Numbered from the stretch's first letter, positions 20,659 through 30,282 are shown. The stretch: 64,000 nucleotides of DNA from Polyangiales bacterium (GCA_038230375.1 JBBRNJ010000015.1:32001-96000); one strand, 5' to 3'. A program made the numbers and translations. Notes: generated by a model not told the origin, from the sequence alone.

Positions 20659-21833
20659 GTTCGCACCTCCACCACACACGCCTCGCGCGGCCGCGCCACG
20701 CATCCAAGGATCTCGCCGCGCGCTCGCTCGTCGGGGAGGAGGCAGTTCGGTTCCTCCATCGCGACCTCGCCGGAGCACAGGCGCATCCGACACTCGCCGC
20801 ATCCGCCCATCGCGCACGAGAACGGCGCCGCGAGACCCGCACGCGTGGCGCCCGCGAGCAGCGTCTCGCCCGGCAGCAGTGTCAGCGAGACGGTGCGGCC
20901 GCCGGTCGCCTTGAAGGTCACGGCCTGCGGCGGCGTTTCGGTCGCTGCGCTCTCCCCGCGCCTGGGATCACCCTGCGCGTTGTAGCGCTCCTCCAGGATG
21001 CGGCTTGCGGGTATGCCTCGCGCTGCCAGGACCTCGCGGGCGGAGGTGCGCACGGGCTCCGGACCGCACACGAAGAAGAGCGTGGTGGGCGCGGACACGA
21101 ACGGCACGGCGTCGAGCATGCGCGCGAGCACTGGTGCGTCCATGCGCCCAGCGAACATCCACGTTCGCTCTCCTGCGGGGGGCGCAACATCGGCCGCTAG
21201 ATCCTCGCGCGCGTGCAGGACGTGGAGCCTTTGCTGATGGGCCGAGAGCGCGGCGAGCTCGTCGCGGAAGATCGTCGCCTCGGCGCTGCGGTTGCCGTAG
21301 AGCAGCGCGATCTCCGGGCCGCTCGCGCTCGCGGACAGGAGGATCGAATAGAGCGGCGTGACACCGGAGCCCGCGCCGACCAGGACGAGCGAGCCCACAT
21401 GCCCCACGGGGCGCACGAACGAACCATGCGGTCCCTCGACCGCGAAGCGATCACCCACCTTCGCGTGCGCGCAGAGGTACGTCGACACCACGCCGCCAGG
21501 CACGCGCTTCACCGTGATCTCGACGTCGGAGCCCGCACCCTCTGCACACGACACGGAGTAGTTGCGCCTGTGCACGCGGCCGAGCACCGGCACTGTGAGC
21601 GTCACGAACTGCCCAGCGCGAAACGAGATCGGCCCGGTCGACAGCCGCAGCGTGACCGCGTCGGGTGTGCGCCTGATGATCGCCACGACGGTGGCCTCAC
21701 GCTGCGCGGCGCTCGGTGCTTGCCTCCGCGTCTTGAATGTCGACGCCACAGGCGACGGCGCTTCCCCACGCAGCCGTCGGCTTGCGTGAACTGCATCCCT
21801 CACCCACTGCCTGACGTGCCCCATCGTCTGCAT
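20655..21833 (-). CDS. FAD/NAD(P)-binding reductase with C-terminal 2Fe-2S ferredoxin
   Basis: RNYS, GGVVS, GAGSGVTP, VCGP, then C-x4-C-x2-C (CAMGGCGEC)...C. Confidence 0.9.
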   Translation of the reverse strand: MQTMGHVRQWVRDAVHASRRLRGEAPSPVASTFKTRRQAPSAAQREATVVAIIRRTPDAVTLRLSTGPISFRAGQFVTLTVPVLGRVHRRNYSVSCAEGAGSDVEITVKRVPGGVVSTYLCAHAKVGDRFAVEGPHGSFVRPVGHVGSLVLVGAGSGVTPLYSILLSASASGPEIALLYGNRSAEATIFRDELAALSAHQQRLHVLHAREDLAADVAPPAGERTWMFAGRMDAPVLARMLDAVPFVSAPTTLFFVCGPEPVRTSAREVLAARGIPASRILEERYNAQGDPRRGESAATETPPQAVTFKATGGRTVSLTLLPGETLLAGATRAGLAAPFSCAMGGCGECRMRLCSGEVAMEEPNCLLPDERARGEILGCVARPREACVVEVRT

Positions 21834-21853
21834 CTGGACCCCTGTTACCACCA

Positions 21854-21882
21854 ACCCTACCGATCGGTAGATAACTTGTCAA
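21854..21882 (-). promoter_or_regulatory. Sigma70-type promoter with overlapping palindromic operator
   Basis: Minus strand TTGACA (21882-21877), 17 nt, TAGGGT (21859-21854); perfect 14-bp palindrome CTACCGATCGGTAG at 21857-21870. Confidence 0.75.
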
Positions 21883-21920
21883 GGGAGAACGGAAACGGTT
21901 ACGGGTTACGCTGCTTTCCG

Positions 21921-22598
21921 ATGCGAATTTTTGTGGCTGGCGCCACCGGGGCCACCGGGCGCGTGCTTGTTCCTGAGGCTGCCGCTCGCGGACACGAGCT
22001 CGTGCTTCACGTGAGGCCCCAGTCGCGGGACAAGAGCCCGCTCGGCAAGGATCCTCGGGCGAAGATCTTCGACCTGGACGACCACGCCGCGCTCACCGAC
22101 GCGCTCCGCGGTTGCGACGTCTGCATTTCCCTCGTCGGCACCATGAAGAACCGCTTCGCCGCGGGCGACACGTATGAGTCCTCGGACCTCGGGTCCACAC
22201 GCGCGCTCGCCTCGGCCGCGAAGGAGGCAGGCGTCCCCCGCTTCCTCTTGCTCTCCTCCGTGGGCGCGGGCGGCGCGGGCGCGTACCTCAAGATGAAGGG
22301 CGAGTGCGAGCGCATCGTGAAGGACTCCGGCCTGCGCTACACGATCTTTCGGCCCAGCGTGCTCGTGTCGCCGAAGGATGCGGACGAAAGCCACCACGGC
22401 AAGCGCGACGAGCAACCGGTGATGGACATGGCCCTTCGCGCGATGGGCGTGCTGCCCGGCCTGCGCGGCTTCTCGGTGGACTACAGGCCCATCGGCATAG
22501 ACGTGCTCGTGCGCACCATGCTCGACGTGGTGGAGGCGAAGGGTAGCAGCCGTGACGGAGAGATCGTGATGGGCCGCGACATGGTGAAAACCAGCTAA
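21921..22598 (+). CDS. NAD(P)-binding Rossmann protein (atypical SDR)
   Basis: MRIFVAGATGATG, LLSSVGA, YLKMK (YxxxK), IFRPS. Confidence 0.88.
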   Translation: MRIFVAGATGATGRVLVPEAAARGHELVLHVRPQSRDKSPLGKDPRAKIFDLDDHAALTDALRGCDVCISLVGTMKNRFAAGDTYESSDLGSTRALASAAKEAGVPRFLLLSSVGAGGAGAYLKMKGECERIVKDSGLRYTIFRPSVLVSPKDADESHHGKRDEQPVMDMALRAMGVLPGLRGFSVDYRPIGIDVLVRTMLDVVEAKGSSRDGEIVMGRDMVKTS

Positions 22599-22608
22599 CC
22601 TCTTCTCC

Positions 22609-23937
22609 ATGCGACGCCGGTGGCTTCCCTTCCTCGCGGTTCTCATTGCGCCGGCGCTGTACGTCGCGTGCGGCGACGATTCATCTGGTGGCGGCAAGAA
22701 CCCTGGCGGCGATGCATCGACAGACGCGCCCGGGGTGGGCGCTGACAACGACGGCGGCGCCGACGCAGAGGCCGGGCTCACCGGCGATCCGTGCGGTGAT
22801 CGCTCCGGTCTGGTCGCCAACGCAGCGTGGCCCATGGCGGGCGGCTGCCCGAAGCGCGGAGGCGTCACCCAGGTCTCCGGCCCACACTCGACCACGATTC
22901 GCTTCCGCACAAGCCTCCCGGCAGCCGGCACGTCACCCGTGGTCGACGCGGACGGCACCATCCACGTGGCCACCGCCGACGGACGACTCGTCAGCGTGGA
23001 TCTGGGCGGCGGCGTCACGGATGCCGGAGCGCAACCTTCGTCAGACGCCGGCGATGCGGGCGACGCCAGCAATGACGCGAGCAACGACGGAGGTACCGAC
23101 GGTGGAAACGAAGCGGGCCCGTTTCCGAACGGCACGTCCATCGCGATCGGCAAGGGCGGGCAGCTCGTGTACGGAGAGTCCGACGGCAAGACCTATGCGT
23201 TCGCCGTCACCGCTGCGGCGTCGTGGGGACGCACGGTGGGGACGCCGCTGGTCTCCTCTCCCGTCATCGGCCCCAGCGGCAACGTGTACGTCTCCGCAGG
23301 CGGCACGCTCTACGCGCTCTCCCTTGGCACCGGCATCCCCGTTTGGATGCAGTCTACACACGATGTCAACGCCACCACTTCGCCCGCCATCGCCGACGGC
23401 GAGCTGGTCCTGATCGGCTCGGCGGACAAGCACGTCTACGCCTTCGACAAGTCCGGCTCCGCGCGGTGGAGCTTCGCCACGGGCGCACCCATCGTGGCCA
23501 CCGCGGGCGTGCTGGTGGATCGCGAAGGAACGGTGATCGCCGCGGATCAGAGCGGCACCGTGTACGCGCTGTCGCCCGACACGGGGAAGGAACGCTGGCA
23601 CACCGCGCTCGGCTCGCCGGTGGTGAGCGGCTGCGCTGCGGGGCTGGATGCAGCCATTTTTTGCAGCTCGAGCGACGGCAAGGTGTTCGCGCTCGAGCCC
23701 AGCGGCAAGCTGCGCTGGACCTACGCCACGCTCGGCGCGAACAGCGCGCCCATCGTCGACGCGAACGGAGTCGTCTACGTGGGTTCCGACGACGGCCACC
23801 TCTACGCGATCGCGCCGTCAGGCAAGCTACGCTTCGCGGTCACCGTGTTCGGCCCCGTTCGCGCGCAGCCCGCCATGGGCGGAGACGGCGCCATCTACGT
23901 CACCACCGACACCGAGCTCCTGGGAATCGGGCCGTAG
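22609..23937 (+). CDS. Lipoprotein with PQQ-like beta-propeller repeats
   Basis: Lipobox YVAC; repeated SPxI...G.VY.GS.DG.LYA...G..RW blades. Confidence 0.85.
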   Translation: MRRRWLPFLAVLIAPALYVACGDDSSGGGKNPGGDASTDAPGVGADNDGGADAEAGLTGDPCGDRSGLVANAAWPMAGGCPKRGGVTQVSGPHSTTIRFRTSLPAAGTSPVVDADGTIHVATADGRLVSVDLGGGVTDAGAQPSSDAGDAGDASNDASNDGGTDGGNEAGPFPNGTSIAIGKGGQLVYGESDGKTYAFAVTAAASWGRTVGTPLVSSPVIGPSGNVYVSAGGTLYALSLGTGIPVWMQSTHDVNATTSPAIADGELVLIGSADKHVYAFDKSGSARWSFATGAPIVATAGVLVDREGTVIAADQSGTVYALSPDTGKERWHTALGSPVVSGCAAGLDAAIFCSSSDGKVFALEPSGKLRWTYATLGANSAPIVDANGVVYVGSDDGHLYAIAPSGKLRFAVTVFGPVRAQPAMGGDGAIYVTTDTELLGIGP

Positions 23938-23938
23938 A

Positions 23939-25915
23939 TCAGCGCGTCGCTGAGGGCGGCACCACGTACGTGAGGCCTTTGCCAGATGCGCCCGGCGCGT
24001 CGGGCGTGCTCTGCGTGTCCTCTGCGATGTCGACGAGGTAGTTCGCCTGCACGGCGTCGAACGTCTGCACGGTGCCCTGCGCGTTGGGCCACTTCACCTC
24101 GAGCTTGTCGACCGCGCATGCGTCGCCAAGGCCGAACGTGAGGATCGTGTCGTGCTGCATGCCGAACGTGCCGTAGCCGCCGCTCACCTCTTGCACCTGG
24201 GTGACACCGCCCGCGGTGACGGACACGCGCGCACCGACACCCGCCGCGTTCGACGCGCCAAGGCCCGCGCCGTGCAACCGGATGCGGATCGAGTTGCGCG
24301 TGTCGCCCACGACGTTCTTGTAGACCTTCGCAGTGGGGGTCGTGGGGCAGTGCGCGTCACCGGCGCATCGCGCGCCGCTGGTGGCGACCACAAGATCCAG
24401 ATCGCCGTCACCATCGATGTCCACGGAGGTGTACGCGACGGCGTGGTAGTGCTTTGCGCCGGACTTGTCCTCCACGTTCTCGAACCCGCCATCCGCCTTC
24501 TGGTGGAAGAGCGAGCCGTAGGTCTCAGGGTAGTCGGACGAGCCAATGTAGATGTCTTTGCGTCCATCGTTGTCAAAGTCGAACGCGCCAACGACGATGT
24601 CACCCTCGTTCCAGCCGCTGATGGTGTGGTTGCGCTGGAGCGTGTCCGGCCCGTTCGGAAGGCGGGAAAAACCGAGCTTTCCGCTCTCCAGGCTATTCTT
24701 CAGGATCTGCGTCGTGTCCGCCGATTCGCCGATGTGCCAGTGCTTGATGCCGGCGTGGATGACATCCATGTCGCCGTCGTTGTCCAGGTCAGCGCACGCA
24801 GACGAGAAGTTGTTCCCGCCAAGGCGCGGCGCCTGATCATCCACGCCCGGCGTCCACGCGGTGTTGTCGCACGAGATGACGGGCTTCGGGACACTGGGGT
24901 CGCACGCGCCGGCGGTCATGCTGCAGTAGCAGCGGTAGAACTCGTTGTCGGCGTACTTCAGATCGTCGTCGGCAGCGAACGTGGTGCCGTAGCCGATCTC
25001 CTTGAAGGTGGCGCCGTCGTTCCGCCAGAGCTCGTTGTAGGCGCGCCCATAGGAGCTCACGATGATGTCGGGGTCGCCGTCGTTGTCCAGGTCGCATGTG
25101 GTTGCGCCATACGCGGGCTTACGGTTCTGACCAGACATCATCGCCGCGACGCCGCCGTCCGACGCGGGCCGCAGGAGCCCGGACGACTTGGAGAGATCGC
25201 TGAAGGCGCCCGTGCCGTCGCCCTTGTAGAGGTAGTTTCCGGCGCCCTCGTTGCCCGAGTACCACGTGGTGGCGAACAGATCGATCGCGCCGTCCCTGTC
25301 CATGTCGGCGAACGACGCGGCCGCGAACGGAAGCATGCGCGCGGACGGACCGCTGCGCGGCGCCATCGTGAAGTGCGCGTGCCCATCGTTGAGGAAGATC
25401 TCGCTGCGGTCGGTCTTGGCCTGCCCGACCGCGGTGCCGTCGGAATACACGCCCTCGTAGATGTCGATGTCACCGTCGTTGTCCACGTCGGCGAACACTG
25501 CCATGTGACCAAGCCGGCCCGTGCCGGCGCCGTCGCGCGAGTCGAGCAGGCCGCTCTCCTTCGTGGTGTCGACGAACGTGCCTCCCTTGTTCATGAACAC
25601 GCGGCGGAGCAGCGTCCCCTTCGTGAGATCGTCGCGCGCCTGGCCCGTGCCGTGGAACACCAGGTCCGGCAGCCCATCACCATCCAGATCGGCAGAGGAG
25701 ATGCGAATGCCGATGACGTCGGTGACGCCGACCGCGGCCGTGACCTCCTGGAAGTACGCGGTCTGCGGAAGGTCCGCGTGGGGCTTGCAGATCGCAGGCG
25801 GCGCCGCCGGGGACGCGGGGCCTCCGGGGCCGGTATCCGCGCTGGATTTGCAGCTGGGAAGAGCAAGGAGGGGGGCGAAGGCAAGGAGCGAAAGATGCGC
25901 GAGCCGCTTCTTCAT
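23939..25915 (-). CDS. CRTAC1-like (FG-GAP + ASPIC/UnbV) lipoprotein
   Basis: Lipobox LPSC; multiple DxDxDGxxD repeats; C-terminal N..GVGARV...FGLG...V.WP. Confidence 0.88.
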   Translation of the reverse strand: MKKRLAHLSLLAFAPLLALPSCKSSADTGPGGPASPAAPPAICKPHADLPQTAYFQEVTAAVGVTDVIGIRISSADLDGDGLPDLVFHGTGQARDDLTKGTLLRRVFMNKGGTFVDTTKESGLLDSRDGAGTGRLGHMAVFADVDNDGDIDIYEGVYSDGTAVGQAKTDRSEIFLNDGHAHFTMAPRSGPSARMLPFAAASFADMDRDGAIDLFATTWYSGNEGAGNYLYKGDGTGAFSDLSKSSGLLRPASDGGVAAMMSGQNRKPAYGATTCDLDNDGDPDIIVSSYGRAYNELWRNDGATFKEIGYGTTFAADDDLKYADNEFYRCYCSMTAGACDPSVPKPVISCDNTAWTPGVDDQAPRLGGNNFSSACADLDNDGDMDVIHAGIKHWHIGESADTTQILKNSLESGKLGFSRLPNGPDTLQRNHTISGWNEGDIVVGAFDFDNDGRKDIYIGSSDYPETYGSLFHQKADGGFENVEDKSGAKHYHAVAYTSVDIDGDGDLDLVVATSGARCAGDAHCPTTPTAKVYKNVVGDTRNSIRIRLHGAGLGASNAAGVGARVSVTAGGVTQVQEVSGGYGTFGMQHDTILTFGLGDACAVDKLEVKWPNAQGTVQTFDAVQANYLVDIAEDTQSTPDAPGASGKGLTYVVPPSATR

Positions 25916-26028
25916 GGCGGCTCTTCATGCCGCGGTCGTTTCCTGAACGCACCCGATAACTTCCGACACCGACGAGATGAGACGGAGCGCCCGACGACGC
26001 GGACGCGGCGCCACGAAACCCGGGGATT

Positions 26029-26832
26029 TCAGCCTCCCGCGATGAGCTGCTCGATCTCGATGGGCCCGGCGCAGACCGACGTGCCCTCGATGTGGAGACG
26101 CGTGCGCACCCGCGCCATGTGGCCGGCGCCCCGGTAGACCAGATCCGCGTGGTGGAAGTGGACCTCCCATGGTCCCTGCCCTGCCGCTGCTGCGGCGCAC
26201 GACCCGCGCAGGTTGTCCTTCACGCGCCGCATCCCGGCCATGATCGCGTCGCGCTCGTCCTTGCTCACCTCGTACGGCAGCGCGTCCAGATCTGCCTCTT
26301 CGAGCAGCGACGCCTGACACGGGCCCGCGAGTCCCGAAACGAACCCTTGCAGATCGGGGCCCAGCGGCCCGGAGAGGTCGGACAGCTTCGCGCGATTGTC
26401 GAACGGCACACGCATGCTGCCGGTCTGTCCCGTGAGCTCGACCCACGTCACCTTCTCGTTCGGGCCGGTGAGCGTGCGCCCGTCCACGAATGCGCCGCTC
26501 GACTCCTTGCCACCGGCAGAGAGCGACACCTTGAGCCCCGACATCACGAGCTGCGGCGCAGGGCCCAGGATCGCGAACTTGTCTCGCTCGCTCTTCTGCG
26601 TCGCACGGATGTCTGTCTTCGCGTCGGCGCACGTGAGCCATTGCGGAGGAGCCGCCCCCGCGAGGATCTCCTGCACCGAGCGGCCGAGAGCGACGGAGTA
26701 CTTGCCCATGGTCGCGACGGCGGCCGGTGGCGGGGGCGTTGCGGCCGGCTCCGAAGGCGGACCACACGCCGTCGCGCTCCCCGCCATCGCGACGAAGCCG
26801 ACCAGCGACATCATCTTGGCGGTGTGCCGCAT
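26029..26832 (-). CDS. Hypothetical lipoprotein
   Basis: Lipobox ATAC, Pro linker, GC3-biased codons; no recognised domain. Confidence 0.65.
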   Translation of the reverse strand: MRHTAKMMSLVGFVAMAGSATACGPPSEPAATPPPPAAVATMGKYSVALGRSVQEILAGAAPPQWLTCADAKTDIRATQKSERDKFAILGPAPQLVMSGLKVSLSAGGKESSGAFVDGRTLTGPNEKVTWVELTGQTGSMRVPFDNRAKLSDLSGPLGPDLQGFVSGLAGPCQASLLEEADLDALPYEVSKDERDAIMAGMRRVKDNLRGSCAAAAAGQGPWEVHFHHADLVYRGAGHMARVRTRLHIEGTSVCAGPIEIEQLIAGG

Positions 26833-26880
26833 CGCGCGAGCATACAGCACGGCCGTCACAGCGCGTAAAAGAACCCAGGC

Positions 26881-26901
26881 CGCTTCCTCTAGGAGGAAGC
26901 G
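26881..26901 (-). terminator. 9-bp hairpin covering the small-ORF stop codon, followed by a T-rich run
   Basis: CGCTTCCTC-tag-GAGGAAGCG perfect inverted repeat; TTCTTTT starts about 7 nt downstream on the minus strand. Confidence 0.5.
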
Positions 26902-26969
26902 CGGTGTGCCAGGAAGAGAGCGGCGTACACCGTGATGATCACGAGCAGTGTTTCCAGCGTTCCGAGCAT
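26889..26969 (-). CDS. Putative 26-aa single-TM small protein
   Basis: AAGGAG 5 nt before ATG; MLGTLETLLVIITVYAALFLAHRASS*; sits in an otherwise empty intergenic gap. Confidence 0.55.
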   Translation of the reverse strand: MLGTLETLLVIITVYAALFLAHRASS

Positions 26970-27085
26970 GTGCGCTCCTTTCGCTCGATACACTGGCGGT
27001 CGCCTGTGTCGAACATGCAAGGTGCACGCAAATGTTCGGGGAACTCCTGTCAATCCGCGTGGTCGGTGTAGCCCTTTCGCGTCCG

Positions 27086-28597
27086 TCACTCGACCATTCG
27101 CACGATCTGCAGGAAGTCGGTCGGCGGCACCACGGTGGTCGCGTAGTACTCCGTCGTGCCATCCACCGCGCTCGCGTTGCAGGCACCGCCCGACAGCGCG
27201 TAGACGGCAGCGGGCGTGGCGAGCTTGGCGCCGATGGTGACGGCGGCGACCTGGCCCAACGTGGTGGTGGTCGCGTGCGCCCATCCACCGGCAGTGGGCG
27301 CGGGGTTCGTGACGTAGCGCTGGAACGTGGGCTGCTTGCAGGTCGCATCCAGGAAGAGATTGATGTCGCCGTAGACCGCCTTGTCGAGCATGGGCAGGCA
27401 GCGCACGACGCCGTCCGTGGCCGGCGCTTGCCGGCAGACAGTGCTCTTCTCCGAGTCGTAGAAGTCGAGGATGGTGGCGAGCGTGCCCTTGTCGGTCACG
27501 AGCGTGTGCTGTTGCATGCGGCCCGAGCCCTGCTCCTTCACGGTGAGCGACGGGAGCTTGGAGAGCGGAAGCGCAGCGCCGGTCAAATAGTAGTTGGCGT
27601 ACACGTCGGTCGGGTCCGTATAGAGCTTGCAGTTCGCGGGCGTACCTTGGTGCACGGGCATGGCGACCTTGGCGCCGGGCTCGTAGAAGGTCAGGTCCAC
27701 GTTCCCGATGGTGGCGTCCAGGATCGCAGCGGGCGGCCGGGCGCACGTGCCCTGCTGGTCCGTCGGGTAGTAGGCGGCGCCCATGGTGCAGGCCGCGTCC
27801 GAGAAGAAGTTCTCCAGAAAGGCCACGCGCGTGGGCACGCAGTAGTAGCTGCCGGCCTTGTTCGCGAGCGACCAGCACGCGTCACCCTTGCGACCAAGGT
27901 CGATGAGCGTTCCATCCTGCCGCGACTGATCGTCGCCCACCCACTGGATGGCGGACACGGTGGTTCCCCGCGGGTCCGTGACGTCGGTCTCTGCGACGAA
28001 CGAGCTGGGCAGGACCTTCGCGCCGAGGTGCGAGTACGTTGTGTTCGGGTCGACGGTCGATGGGTTGCAGAGTCCGTCCACGCCCTTCGTGTAGACGGCC
28101 GCGGGCACGTACGTGGCGCCGATCGCGTAGAAATCGCGGGCCTTCCCGCACGTGAACGGACCGTACGGCTCGGGGACGTATTTCACCGTGGCCACGAGCG
28201 AGTTCGCGACCGCGGCCGCTGCGTTCATGCATGCCGCGTCGTCGTAGACGGAGCCGCCGTTGATCGGAAGGCAGCGCGTCATGCTGTCCGCCGCCAGGTC
28301 GTAGCTGCAGTCCACGTCGAGGGCCTTGTCGTGCCAGCCGATGAAGAGCTTCGCGCTGTCAGCCACGTCGAGGATCGCGCGGAGGCGTGTGCCGGACGTC
28401 CACGCGAGCCCGTTCGGCGCGTTGCCGCTGTCCTTGTTGTTGCCGCTGTCCTTGTTGTTGCCGCTGTCCGCGCTGGACGCGTCGGCCCCGCCCTCCGCGA
28501 GCCCGCCGTCCCCGCCGCCGTTGCCGGACGATGAGGAGCAGGCTGCGAACGTGACGACCGTGCCGACAGTGAGGGTGAGGATGAACGCGCGATCCAT
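27086..28597 (-). CDS. Cys-rich lipoprotein with three internal repeats
   Basis: Lipobox FAAC; three modules ending RCLP/YCVP, each followed by D-A-x-C. Confidence 0.72.
   Translation of the reverse strand: MDRAFILTLTVGTVVTFAACSSSSGNGGGDGGLAEGGADASSADSGNNKDSGNNKDSGNAPNGLAWTSGTRLRAILDVADSAKLFIGWHDKALDVDCSYDLAADSMTRCLPINGGSVYDDAACMNAAAAVANSLVATVKYVPEPYGPFTCGKARDFYAIGATYVPAAVYTKGVDGLCNPSTVDPNTTYSHLGAKVLPSSFVAETDVTDPRGTTVSAIQWVGDDQSRQDGTLIDLGRKGDACWSLANKAGSYYCVPTRVAFLENFFSDAACTMGAAYYPTDQQGTCARPPAAILDATIGNVDLTFYEPGAKVAMPVHQGTPANCKLYTDPTDVYANYYLTGAALPLSKLPSLTVKEQGSGRMQQHTLVTDKGTLATILDFYDSEKSTVCRQAPATDGVVRCLPMLDKAVYGDINLFLDATCKQPTFQRYVTNPAPTAGGWAHATTTTLGQVAAVTIGAKLATPAAVYALSGGACNASAVDGTTEYYATTVVPPTDFLQIVRMVE
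28421..28469. repeat. 18-bp tandem repeat (about 2.7 copies) encoding DSGNNK linker
   Basis: Unit gttgccgctgtccttgtt repeated directly. Confidence 0.85.
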
Positions 28598-28661
28598 GGC
28601 GCCGGACTCTAGCAAGTGAGTGAGCCTTGTGCACGGCTCGCCGGCGTGGTCTACGCAGGTG

Positions 28662-29387
28662 ATGCAGCACAGACGGCCGCAGAAACCGGAGCTCCGCCTC
28701 CAGCCGACCACGCTCTGGGAGTACCCCTCCCAGCACTACGGCGAAGCCATGCAGGGCGACTCCAAGTACGTCGGCGCGACGCCTTCGTACATCGTGTGGA
28801 ACATGGTCCAGCGCTACACGAAGCCGGGCGAGCTCATCGTCGACCCGTTCTGCGGCTCGGGCACCACGCTCGACGTCGCGAAGGACACGGGGCGCAAGGC
28901 GCGCGGGTTCGACCTTGCGCCGGCGCGACCAGACGTCGAGAAGGGCGACGCACGCAGCCTGCCGCTCGAGAAGAACACCGTGAACCTGGTGTTCATGGAT
29001 CCGCCGTATGGCGATCACATCGACTACTCGACCGACCCCGCGTGCATCGGCAAGCTGTCCGCCTATCAGCCACAGTACTTCCGGGCGATGCACCGCGCGT
29101 TCAAGGAGGCACACCGCGTGCTCGTCCCGGGCGGCATCCTCGCGCTCTACGTGTGCGACTACTTCGAGAAGAAGAAGGGCTTCGCCCCGGTGGGATTCCA
29201 GCTGTTCTTGAGCATGGTGGAGATGTTCACGCCGAAGGACATCATCTCCGTGGTCCGCCACAACAAGAAGCTCGAGCAGGGAAATTTCAGAAAAGCGGCG
29301 GAGGAGGGGAACTTCTTCCTGCGAGGATTCAACTACCTCATGGTTGTGGAAAAGCCGCAGCCAGGCGAACGGGAGCGTCGCGCTTGA
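28662..29387 (+). CDS. SAM-dependent amino-methyltransferase (N4/N6 DNA MTase or TRM11-like)
   Basis: DPFCGSGTT (motif I) followed by DPPY (motif IV). Confidence 0.8.
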   Translation: MQHRRPQKPELRLQPTTLWEYPSQHYGEAMQGDSKYVGATPSYIVWNMVQRYTKPGELIVDPFCGSGTTLDVAKDTGRKARGFDLAPARPDVEKGDARSLPLEKNTVNLVFMDPPYGDHIDYSTDPACIGKLSAYQPQYFRAMHRAFKEAHRVLVPGGILALYVCDYFEKKKGFAPVGFQLFLSMVEMFTPKDIISVVRHNKKLEQGNFRKAAEEGNFFLRGFNYLMVVEKPQPGERERRA

Positions 29388-29448
29388 CCAGCGCGCCCTC
29401 GGTTCACGAGCCCCGTCCATCCCAAGGATGGGCGCTCGCACGGGTTCC

Positions 29449-30270
29449 ATGCTGGTGAGACGCCGAATTCGGGGGGCTTTTCTCGGTGCGCTTGGTGCGG
29501 GCCTGACGCTCGTCGCGTGCGCGGGCACGGCCGGCGGGCCTCCTGCCCGTGAGGTCGTCCCTGCGGAGATCGTGACCGTGGCACCCGCCCCGCCGAAGGA
29601 CGAGGAGCCGCGTCCCGCGCCCATCGCGAAGAAGCCCATCACCGCAGAGCCGGTCGTACCGGACGAGTCGATGTTCCCCGCCGCGTGGCGCTCGCCGCGG
29701 CCGACCACGTCCTTCGCGGACGAAGTGACGATCGCGCGCGCGCTGCGGACGCAGGTGCGGTCGATGTCGCGAGCGTCGCGTTACGCGCGGCTCAATGGCG
29801 ATGCGGGGATCGACAATGCCTCGCTCGCGTGGCTGTCGAAGCTGCTCGAGCTGCGTGAGCGGGCGGACCGCGCGTATGCGAGCGCGTGGATCGCGCAGGA
29901 CGCCACGCCCGAGGGCAAGGTCGAGGTGCTCTCCGAAGCAACCACGCTGGCCCAGGAGCTCCGCGCGACGCTGGAGAGCGCGGGCTACCAGGAGATCCCC
30001 GCGGCCTGGAAGGCGGATCCCATGCTGCACGCCACATTCGAGGACATCGCCCACGGCCCCGTGCGCCGCCTGGGCGAAGAATCACGCGCGCTCGCATTCT
30101 TCTGCGTGGCGTCGGCAGATCGCGATCACGTGAGAGGACGCGCCGCGGACAGCTGCAGGCGAGCGGCGGGACCAACGCCCGCGGCACCGGAGAAGGCGAG
30201 CGGCGAGGACAAGGGCTGCGCGTGCGCGAAGGGGGATCCGCTGTGCACGACGAGTGACTGGTGCAAGTAG
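29449..30270 (+). CDS. Hypothetical lipoprotein with C-terminal CxCxxGDPLC motif
   Basis: Lipobox LVAC, helical middle, ends CACAKGDPLCTTSDWCK. Confidence 0.65.
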   Translation: MLVRRRIRGAFLGALGAGLTLVACAGTAGGPPAREVVPAEIVTVAPAPPKDEEPRPAPIAKKPITAEPVVPDESMFPAAWRSPRPTTSFADEVTIARALRTQVRSMSRASRYARLNGDAGIDNASLAWLSKLLELRERADRAYASAWIAQDATPEGKVEVLSEATTLAQELRATLESAGYQEIPAAWKADPMLHATFEDIAHGPVRRLGEESRALAFFCVASADRDHVRGRAADSCRRAAGPTPAAPEKASGEDKGCACAKGDPLCTTSDWCK

Positions 30271-30282
30271 CGGCGTAGAGGA

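Noticed and set aside
27015..27032. Sigma54-like TTGCGT-N5-TTGCA upstream of the small ORF
   Set aside because: Lacks the invariant GG at -24.
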